This document shows positions 29,645 through 37,392 of a DNA stretch of 64,000 nt, one piece after another. The position numbers and the translations under genes were made by a program. The notes under the pieces are model-generated. The model was not told the DNA's origin, did no database searches, and worked only from the letters and a program-made list of their open reading frames with translations. How positions within the stretch are numbered: the stretch's first letter is position 1; each line of letters starts with the position of its first letter. Source of the stretch: Candidatus Bathyarchaeota archaeon. Its GTDB lineage: Archaea > Thermoproteota > Bathyarchaeia > Bathyarchaeales > Bathycorpusculaceae. The stretch covers positions 1,984,001-2,048,000 of the forward strand of contig OY970280.1 of the NCBI GenBank assembly GCA_963715865.1, written 5' to 3'.

Positions 29645-30628
29645 TTAACCGACCAAGTTAGCGCAGTTCAGGCAAAAATTCTCAAAGAGTTAATAGCCGA
29701 CGGACGCAAAAGTAACACTGAAATTGCGAAAAAAATAGGCACAACAAAAGAAATTGTCAAGAAAAATATTAACCTAATGGAACAAGCTGGCATAATTGTA
29801 GGAGCGACAATACACATTAATTATAAGAGTTTCGGTTACAAAGCAGTAGCACATATCTTAATCAATGTTGACTCACGGCAAGAAAATCAACTTATTGAAT
29901 ACCTGCAAAAAATGCCAGGAGTTTATTCCTTCTACAGCAGGGGGATCAAAGGAAACATAGATGTTGTTGCTACTCTTAAGACGCTTGAACAATTGAACGA
30001 AATCAAGGATGCCATCAAAAGTCATTTTTCAGTCTTCGAAATGAGAACTGCAATCTGGACAGATGTAAAAGAAATGAACGAGAACTTGTCAATAATTCCT
30101 GAAAACAGGAAAAATGTTGGGGAAACAATCAATTATCAGACGAAGACTCAGGAAAAAAGCAACCCTCAAACCATACATATCGATCAAATTGATCAAAAAA
30201 TAGCGGATAAACTCGCTGAGAACGGAAGGGTATCCATGGAGACACTCGGTAGAGAAATAGGAATCGCATCTGATACTGCTAAAAGGAGATACGAAAAACT
30301 AAAGAAAAACGGTGTACTAAAAGTCACAACTCAAATTAACCCCACTAAAATTGGATACCAAGCCTTATGCCTTTTTTTCACTATCACCTCGCACGAAAAT
30401 TCATTATTAATTATTGAGAAAATCAGCAAGATACTGGACATCATAAGCATCATGAAAACAACAGGAGACTACGACTTGCAAATATGGGCAATGATACAAG
30501 ATGTAGAGCAATTGCTTTCAATTCAAGAAGAGCTTGGAAAAATTCAAGGAATATTGAAAACGGACATAGAAATAGTGAGAGTACGAGACAAATGGCCAAC
30601 CCCGCGCCAATACATATCGACTTTTTAA
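29645..30628 (+). CDS. Double-domain Lrp/AsnC transcriptional regulator; start codon not canonical or lost
   Basis: Frame is open from 29630 and encodes an HTH (KILKELIADGRKSNTEIAKKIG) upstream of the track ATG at 29777; second HTH at IDQIDQKIADKLAENGR. Confidence 0.8.
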   Translation, partial: LTDQVSAVQAKILKELIADGRKSNTEIAKKIGTTKEIVKKNINLMEQAGIIVGATIHINYKSFGYKAVAHILINVDSRQENQLIEYLQKMPGVYSFYSRGIKGNIDVVATLKTLEQLNEIKDAIKSHFSVFEMRTAIWTDVKEMNENLSIIPENRKNVGETINYQTKTQEKSNPQTIHIDQIDQKIADKLAENGRVSMETLGREIGIASDTAKRRYEKLKKNGVLKVTTQINPTKIGYQALCLFFTITSHENSLLIIEKISKILDIISIMKTTGDYDLQIWAMIQDVEQLLSIQEELGKIQGILKTDIEIVRVRDKWPTPRQYISTF

Positions 30629-30757
30629 ACAAAGCTATCTGGTCGTCAAATTAGCCAAAAATTAAATAAATTTGCATTTTTAGCTAAAACATTTCGAGAA
30701 AACAAGAAATTTTAAATCTTAAAAATTCGCACAAGCTTTACAAAAGGGAAAAATTGC

Positions 30758-31744
30758 GTGTCTAAAATCAATGAGCTTGACTCAAAAATACTTAAAAATC
30801 TACTAGAAGATGGGCGGACAGGTTATGAAAAAATAGCAAAAGAATGTGGAGTGTCGGAAAACAAAGTTTGGAAACGCTACAGGGCGATGGAAAAAAAAGG
30901 CATAATTAATGGAGCAACAGTTCAGATGAATTTTGGTCATTTCGGCTATGATGCGCTTGCAACTATGCTTATCAGTGTTGAGGCTCAGCAAATTGAGCAG
31001 GTTATGGAATTTATAGGGAAAATAACTGAGGTGCGTGCTTACCGACAGTATAACAGTGTTTACAATGTTAGAGCAGTTGCAACGTTAAGGGACCTAAATG
31101 AATTGGATCATGTGAAGCAGCAGGTAATTAAGCGAAAGCTGCCCACTATGGGTTTAAAAACTTACATTTGGACTGGCGTTAGAAACATTCCTGAAAACTT
31201 AAACCTTACTGGCACTCTACAAGACACCAACGAAAGCAATCAACGTAAATCAAACAAACCGATCCGAACACCGGGCGATGAAATTATAATTGATGAGCTT
31301 GACAAGCAAATCGTAGCAAAACTTACGTTGAACGGCCGCGCCTCGTTTACTAAAATTGCAAAAGAACTAGAATTATCAACTGACACAGTCATAAAAAGAT
31401 ATCACAAGCTAAGGGAAAAGGGCGCAATAAAGGTTTCAATCCAAATAAACCCAAATAAAATTGGATACACCTCGATATTAGATTTCAACATAGCTTTTAC
31501 CACTCCCGGCGTCTTGCCAGATACAGTAGTTGAGTCACTTGCGAAAATACCCGATGTAATTATAATTACAAAAACTAGCGGTGATTATGATCTGCAATTG
31601 TCGGCAATGATCAGAGACACTTCACAGTCATTCGCCATACAAGACCAAATCGCAAGGACCTGCGGCATAACAAAAATTGAAGTTAGCGCAAGGAAAATCC
31701 CCGACAGATGGCCAACCCAACAACAATATATATCCACATTCTGA
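30758..31744 (+). CDS. Double-domain Lrp/AsnC transcriptional regulator
   Basis: Two units, ELDSKILKNLLEDGR and DELDKQIVAKLTLNGRAS; shares the WPT..QYISTF C-terminus with its neighbour. Confidence 0.88.
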   Translation: MSKINELDSKILKNLLEDGRTGYEKIAKECGVSENKVWKRYRAMEKKGIINGATVQMNFGHFGYDALATMLISVEAQQIEQVMEFIGKITEVRAYRQYNSVYNVRAVATLRDLNELDHVKQQVIKRKLPTMGLKTYIWTGVRNIPENLNLTGTLQDTNESNQRKSNKPIRTPGDEIIIDELDKQIVAKLTLNGRASFTKIAKELELSTDTVIKRYHKLREKGAIKVSIQINPNKIGYTSILDFNIAFTTPGVLPDTVVESLAKIPDVIIITKTSGDYDLQLSAMIRDTSQSFAIQDQIARTCGITKIEVSARKIPDRWPTQQQYISTF

Positions 31745-32077
31745 TCTCAAAGTGAAGCTCGATCCATTCGCTTCTTGACCTTCCCTTTTTTGAAGCATGA
31801 TATATTTTTGTAGTATGCAGTTTGAGAGGGCTATGCTTGCAGGATGTTTTCGCGCGAACTTTGCTTTGCAACCCTTTTCGATAGGTTTACTCCCGCTATT
31901 CCAATTCGAACAAACGCAAATTCCTAGAATTCTTTGTCCAAAAACAAGCAAGAAAAAGGCAGGAAATAGGCAAAAGTGCATCGCTGGATTTGAACGGTAA
32001 ACTGGGTTCGAATCCTTCCTCGTCGCCTTTCTTGAAAACCCCAAGCAGCAAAAATTTGAGCTGGGCACTTAACGACA

Positions 32078-32539
32078 TTAATTTGATTTGAGCCTGAAGC
32101 GGTTTGGATCTCTATGGATTCGAACCTGAATTATGGTGCGGTTAAGGTGCGGTCGCCGGGATTTGAACCCGGGATCATTAGCTTGGAAGGCTAATGTCCT
32201 AAACCAGACTAGACGACGACCGCATGTATTTTGTTGAATAAGGCTATTCTTGGAGTTATCTAGGTCACATTCTTTTTCACTTTGGCTTTGACCTAGTTGA
32301 CCACTTTCTGCCTTTTCAATAGACAGAGAAATGCCTTGTGATTTTAATAAAGTTTTCAGAGATTCTATATCCTCTATCTTACAATATGTGACTTGTGGTT
32401 TATGAGATTCTTTATCAATATGGGAATAATGACGAATCCTTGCATACTTAATGTTGCCTTCTTTGTTTAGAAATACTTGTAACATTCCTTTGATATGACA
32501 AACTTCACATTCAATCCCACTATAACATTTGATTTTCAT
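32078..32539 (-). CDS. Hypothetical protein with CEVC...H...C putative Zn-binding N-terminus; frame reads through tRNA-Gly
   Basis: 153-aa ORF with RBS-like GGAAGTGG; the C-terminal GRRLVWFRTLAFQANDPGFKSRRPH is translated tRNA sequence. Confidence 0.5.
   Translation of the reverse strand: MKIKCYSGIECEVCHIKGMLQVFLNKEGNIKYARIRHYSHIDKESHKPQVTYCKIEDIESLKTLLKSQGISLSIEKAESGQLGQSQSEKECDLDNSKNSLIQQNTCGRRLVWFRTLAFQANDPGFKSRRPHLNRTIIQVRIHRDPNRFRLKSN
32146..32223 (-). tRNA. tRNA-Gly(TCC), no intron
   Basis: GCGGTCG/CGACCGC-A acceptor, anticodon arm TTAGC-CTTCCAA-GCTAA, T-arm CCGGGTTCAAATCCCGG; genomic end is CCT rather than CCA. Confidence 0.93.
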
Positions 32540-32684
32540 TTTACCACTTCCAAAGTTTTTGGTCCCCTGGAGTGGTCAATTGAGGATATAAAGACCATTA
32601 AGAACTGTTCTTTAGAGGTTTTAAGCCACATTCAGCAGTAATTATTATATGTAAATTGCTTGATAGTAAGAATCAGTGGTTTAA

Positions 32685-33023
32685 ATGGTTAGAAAACTTA
32701 TCATTGCACTTTTCATTTTAAATTTAGTTTTTTATTCAATTTCTGCATTTGGAGGTTTTTTTCTATATGATACAATTAATACATATGGTCATTATTCAAC
32801 TGATCCTAATTTTTTTCTTTTAACTAGAGCTACATGGAATACTTTAGATGTTCAGATTCAGAATTTTCAGTATCTTTCCCACAATAATACTCTAATTCCA
32901 CTAGGTGGCCTGATAACTTATCCAAATATACCCTTTATAATGAATTTGGTTTATTTCATTATGGTTATGTTTCTAATTGTGAAACTCTATAAGGAAACTC
33001 AATCAAAAAAGAAGCAATCTTAG
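32685..33023 (+). CDS. Hypothetical membrane protein
   Basis: 112 aa with N- and C-terminal hydrophobic helices. Confidence 0.6.
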   Translation: MVRKLIIALFILNLVFYSISAFGGFFLYDTINTYGHYSTDPNFFLLTRATWNTLDVQIQNFQYLSHNNTLIPLGGLITYPNIPFIMNLVYFIMVMFLIVKLYKETQSKKKQS

Positions 33024-33874
33024 ACCTTCATACCAGATATGCTCTAAATGTGCCTAATTCTCTATTTTATTCTGAATATGCGATTAATGTGCTAAATGTC
33101 ATAGGTATTTGATAATAAATCTGCTCTATAAACAAAGATTTAGGCTTTGAACCATAACACACTCACGCATCCTTTCTTACTTTCTCACTTTCTAGCTAAT
33201 TTCTTTCTTAATCATAAATGGCTAAGTTTCTTTCTTAGATGATATTTCTTTCTTACTAGTTTCTTAATAATCATAAAAGCGAACAGGACGCTTTTTTATT
33301 AGTAAAGTTAACAGCTAAGTAACTTCATTATTGGCTTTCTTAATTATCTAATAACTCTATAAGAGAATTACTGGCTTAATGTGACTACTGGCATACTAGG
33401 TACTGGCTATACCGTTAACTCTTATGCTTATAAACCTGGGTTAAAGGGTATTACATTGCCTCACACTAGTTTTGATGTTGCCTGAAACTCTATTACTAGA
33501 GAACTAGCCTAAAGTTATTCCCACAGCAGTGATGCTCATGTGGATTTATTGCCGATGACACAGTTAAAGCCTCACTGTGCAGAGGAATATAGCATTGATA
33601 GGTTGAGCCTACCAATATCTAACTGGTTTACTGGTCCAGCCAATAATTAATAAATGTTTATGCAAAGTCAACTAGCCAATTTTTCTTTGGTTAAATGTTC
33701 TAGCAAGTTCTGACAGCATAAAGAAGTGAATATTGCCTAAGGCTCTATGCTCCAATGTAAGTAGTAACTGTTTAATGTATTCTGGAAACTTGGATACTAT
33801 CCTTAAAGCTTAAGGGTCTCTGTAATTTACCTGTTTCTTAATAGCCCTAATGTACTCTGTAAATATCGGAGTTT

Positions 33875-34348
33875 CTAACCCCTGAATGGTATCGAAATAT
33901 CTCCCCTTTCAAGTAAATCTAAAAATCGTTCAATCACACTAAAAAATCCACCAAGAGCAAAAGAAATCAGTATTGAACCGAAACTAATACTACCTATCGT
34001 TATATACGGGAAACCATTGTAAACTAAAATCTTTCCATTTAATAAGAAGATACTTATCACAACATCTAAAATAGCAAGACCAAAAGAGGCTATGCTTAAC
34101 CCGAAAAAAAATAATCGTGCCTTGCGAATAGTCTTTAGTCTTTTTTCAGTTTTCAACAATCCAATAGCCCATAAGATACTAATTATCCCTAAAATTATAA
34201 GAAAAATTCTAAAAAGAGAAAGGCTGTTAATTGGAAAAAACGTTAGTACAACGTTAATACCAAGTCCTGTGAGAATACCCGAAAGGACTAACAACCACCT
34301 TCTTGCATCGCTATCTGTAAATTCCAATGGCTGTTTTTCTTGTGTCAT
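33875..34348 (-). CDS. Hypothetical 4-TM membrane protein
   Basis: 157 aa with four hydrophobic segments; preceded by the shared promoter motif. Confidence 0.7.
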   Translation of the reverse strand: MTQEKQPLEFTDSDARRWLLVLSGILTGLGINVVLTFFPINSLSLFRIFLIILGIISILWAIGLLKTEKRLKTIRKARLFFFGLSIASFGLAILDVVISIFLLNGKILVYNGFPYITIGSISFGSILISFALGGFFSVIERFLDLLERGDISIPFRG

Positions 34349-34372
34349 TTTTCTCTATTTCTTATTTTCTTC

Positions 34373-34392
34373 GCTATTCAGATTTAAGACTT
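34373..34392 (-). promoter_or_regulatory. Shared island promoter element, copy C (AAGTCTTAAATCTGAATAGC)
   Basis: 19/20 match to copies A and B; contains TATA-like CTTAAA; 24 nt before the ATG at 34348. Confidence 0.75.
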
Positions 34393-34442
34393 ATTGGTTT
34401 TAGGTCTTCCAAAGTACTCTTTCATTATTTCTCGGTAACTAT

Positions 34443-35444
34443 CTATCGTCTATAAACTATTATTCCTGATCTTCTCTCGAATTTGAACAGTAAATATCCA
34501 CTTATGAGAATGAAGGCAAATCCAAGCACCATAACGAACACTGTTACAGTTGTCCTAGCTAAGCTCAATACAGGATTAAATGGTGAAGTGAAGAATCCAA
34601 CACCATAGAATGCTCCAAATACCAAAATAAAAACTCCCATTAATAAGAAAAGTCCTGAAAGAAGTTTAATTCCAAAGACTCCCCTATCTGAGGTTGCATT
34701 AGAATCAACCTTTTCAAAGATTCTATAGCCAATCCAAGCACTAATTCCAGTAGCAAAGATATAAAACACATATTTCACAGCATCAGGAACACTATTATAA
34801 AAAGAAGTTGGGTTATTCCCCTCAAAAAGGAACAAAAAGCCAACTATTATCAAAAAGGCTGGTAACCAAAACCTAAGTGACTTGAGCAGGTTTTTTGTTC
34901 TCCAATCAAAACTAATTGTAAGTCTTGGTCTTGGATAACTCTTAGGCTTGGGACTATGTGGTTCTTCTATCCTAATAGGATGCACACCATCTGAAGGGTA
35001 AGGTGTTTCTTCTACTGGAATTGAAATGGACGAGGGTTCTTCTATTGGTATAGAATATCTTCCTGTGTAATGTGCATTCATTCTATCGAGTGCTTGTTTT
35101 ATCAATTCATTCCTTGTTTTTTCTTCAATATCAAGGTCTTCAAATTTCTTTTGGCTATATCTAAAATCTGGATGCCCACCTTGACGTCTGTATTCTTGAT
35201 AATACAATGCTTCTATCTCTGGTGAATAATTGGTTGGATTGAAGTTAGGGATAAATGATAGCCTTGGTTCAATATGTTTTTCACAGAGCAATCTATTGCA
35301 ATATTCACAGCGAAATACTTTCTTTTTAGAGAAATCGCTGTTTCTAACACAACATTCTACACACTCGTCTATACTGGATTCTCCTCTATATTCCAAGGAA
35401 ATCCCACAATTAAGATATAGTGTATTCCACTTAACTTTTTTCAT
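34443..35444 (-). CDS. AN1-like Zn-finger, Pro-rich linker and multi-TM protein
   Basis: CEYCNRLLCEKH...GGH; C-terminal hydrophobic helices. Confidence 0.65.
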   Translation of the reverse strand: MKKVKWNTLYLNCGISLEYRGESSIDECVECCVRNSDFSKKKVFRCEYCNRLLCEKHIEPRLSFIPNFNPTNYSPEIEALYYQEYRRQGGHPDFRYSQKKFEDLDIEEKTRNELIKQALDRMNAHYTGRYSIPIEEPSSISIPVEETPYPSDGVHPIRIEEPHSPKPKSYPRPRLTISFDWRTKNLLKSLRFWLPAFLIIVGFLFLFEGNNPTSFYNSVPDAVKYVFYIFATGISAWIGYRIFEKVDSNATSDRGVFGIKLLSGLFLLMGVFILVFGAFYGVGFFTSPFNPVLSLARTTVTVFVMVLGFAFILISGYLLFKFERRSGIIVYRR

Positions 35445-35569
35445 ACTTCAATTGATTTTGGCTTAAACTTTTAAGTGCTAAGATTATTTTCCTTCCCAAG
35501 CTGGGAAGTTATTAAATCTTAAGTACTTGCTTATGAATATCTCAATTTACGTACCAAGTGATCAAGTAA

Positions 35570-36298
35570 ATGTATTTCATAATAGATGACGCGTATACTA
35601 TCCTAAAAATAATTAAAGAATTTAGAGATGACGTTTTCAAACACTTCTTTGAAGGAGATCCAAAGAAAGTATTGGATTATGATTTTAATTTTACTCCAAG
35701 ATACCACTCGAAGTTTGATAGGATTAGTAACGTAATTGCTATTTCAGAGGTTTTTTCTATAGAAGGTCTTGATCTTAATAAAAAACAAATGGACCACTTC
35801 CTTACTACCCTGCAAATACCTGACATGATTTCCGACTGGGATTCTTTCGATACTTACCTAACTTTTATTGAAAAGTGTTTTAAAATAAGCAGTTATGAAC
35901 TGAGACATAAAATCAATTTGTTAGATTATAAGGAAAAAGTAAGACTGAATGAAGCGCTCAATTGCCATATACAGGGGCTAAACTATTCAACAATAGTTAT
36001 GAGTGTTTCAGCTATTGAAAACAGGCTTTATTTGTTAATGAAATCAAAGTGTCCTGAATCTAAATTGGATGGTTTGACTTTAGGTCAGCTTATTGGAGAA
36101 TATACTAATAATAAAGAAAAATATGTCCAAGTCATCCCCAGAAAGCATGAATCATTACTCGATTATTGTAATAATTATAGGGTCTTTTCGGTGCATCCCA
36201 AGAAAGAAAAGATTAATGCAGCAAATGCGACTGCAATCCTCTGTATGACCTGCTCTTTCCTATTTGACCCTGATATGAAAGCTACGAGGTTTGTTTAA
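35570..36298 (+). CDS. Hypothetical protein with C-terminal HEPN/DUF4145-like domain
   Basis: SAIENRL...LTLGQLIGEY...CNNYRVFSVH (R-x4-H). Confidence 0.6.
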   Translation: MYFIIDDAYTILKIIKEFRDDVFKHFFEGDPKKVLDYDFNFTPRYHSKFDRISNVIAISEVFSIEGLDLNKKQMDHFLTTLQIPDMISDWDSFDTYLTFIEKCFKISSYELRHKINLLDYKEKVRLNEALNCHIQGLNYSTIVMSVSAIENRLYLLMKSKCPESKLDGLTLGQLIGEYTNNKEKYVQVIPRKHESLLDYCNNYRVFSVHPKKEKINAANATAILCMTCSFLFDPDMKATRFV

Positions 36299-36401
36299 TC
36301 CAAGTGCTTTATGGCTGTAATAGGTCTTACATCTCAATGTCTGTTTATGACACTGAGAAGTTAGACCTGCTTTTACCATAGCGGAAGTTTTCATTGAGTG
36401 C

Positions 36402-36421
36402 AAGTCTTAAATCTGCATAGC
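36402..36421 (+). promoter_or_regulatory. Shared island promoter element, copy A (AAGTCTTAAATCTGCATAGC)
   Basis: Identical to 37004-37023; 28 nt before the ATG at 36450. Confidence 0.75.
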
Positions 36422-36449
36422 GAAGAATAGAAGAACTGAGGCTAATTAA

Positions 36450-36908
36450 ATGAATAGTAAAATAGTTATAGGGATTGTAGTTGGCTTAATCGCTGGGTTA
36501 GTGTTGGGTGTTTTTATCGGTGTATTGTTCATATCGTCAAGTTCAATACTGCCAATCAAAGCTGTGAATCCAACAGCAACTCCAACTCCAACACCTAGAC
36601 CAACTCCAACTGCATCGTCCACAACTGGAGCTGGAACAAACAATCAAGTGCAAGTATCGGGAACTGTGCCAGATAGAACAAGTGGCACATTATATTTTGC
36701 CAACTCAGATGGAACAATCCAAACTAGTGCTTCCATTACAAACGGTGAATACAGTGTCTTACTTGTAGGTGGACAATCATACACCGTTAGCCACATCTCA
36801 AGTGTAGGTCATATCATTGATAATACATTTTACCCATACATAGATTACAATGAATTTTATGTTCCATTAGGAGTAACAACATTTACAGAGAATTTAGTGC
36901 CTAGATAA
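36450..36908 (+). CDS. Membrane-anchored protein with PT linker and small beta-sandwich
   Basis: N-terminal TM, PTATPTPTPRPTP linker, V.VSGTV...TNGEYSVLLVGGQSYTV. Confidence 0.7.
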   Translation: MNSKIVIGIVVGLIAGLVLGVFIGVLFISSSSILPIKAVNPTATPTPTPRPTPTASSTTGAGTNNQVQVSGTVPDRTSGTLYFANSDGTIQTSASITNGEYSVLLVGGQSYTVSHISSVGHIIDNTFYPYIDYNEFYVPLGVTTFTENLVPR

Positions 36909-37003
36909 TAAAGAAAAGAGTTTCTTTCTATTCTGCAAAGTACATTAAAGGGTAGAATAGCTCTCTTATTACTCGTAGCATTTAGCTAAGTTTTCATAAA
37001 GAT

Positions 37004-37023
37004 AAGTCTTAAATCTGCATAGC
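37004..37023 (+). promoter_or_regulatory. Shared island promoter element, copy B (AAGTCTTAAATCTGCATAGC)
   Basis: Identical to 36402-36421; followed by RBS GAGGTGA and the ATG at 37051. Confidence 0.75.
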
Positions 37024-37050
37024 ATAGAAATAGAGAATTGAGGTGAAAAA

Positions 37051-37392
37051 ATGCCAATAGATAAGAAAGTATTTGATAGAGAGTTGGAACTTAAGAAAAT
37101 TGAGGTTGTGAAAGAAGACCATCAAAGGTATTTCACAACAGGTAGCTCGATATTGACTGGTGGATTTACGGCTTTATTAGTCCTGATTATTACGCTCTAT
37201 TATAGCCAAAAACTTGATTTGGTTACTGCATTATTCGTAACTATTTTAGTTGGCGTTGTTATTGCTGTTGGTTTCTTATCGATTGATATTCATTATAAAA
37301 GATTTTATAAACGCCTTGACAAATGGATTGAAAAAATTGAAAAAGAAGAACCACTACCATCAATAACTGAAATGAAGGATGAAAAAATCTAA
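37051..37392 (+). CDS. Hypothetical 2-TM membrane protein
   Basis: 113 aa, strong RBS, two hydrophobic helices. Confidence 0.7.
   Translation: MPIDKKVFDRELELKKIEVVKEDHQRYFTTGSSILTGGFTALLVLIITLYYSQKLDLVTALFVTILVGVVIAVGFLSIDIHYKRFYKRLDKWIEKIEKEEPLPSITEMKDEKI

Larger units (their letters stand above)
26334..32133. mobile_element. Putative decayed tRNA-Gly-integrated island (PQQ-like protein plus two double-AsnC regulators)
   Basis: Lies between the intact tRNA-Gly 3' end and its direct-repeat copy at 26316; no integrase found. Confidence 0.55.

Noticed and set aside
32078-32539. SSV1-type split integrase fragment
   Set aside because: No tyrosine-recombinase motifs, it covers the whole tRNA rather than only the 3' half, and no Int(C) partner lies at any scar
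33024-33874. Hidden gene using stop-codon recoding
   Set aside because: The frames translated by eye contain mixed TAA, TAG and TGA stops, so no single reassignment opens a long ORF
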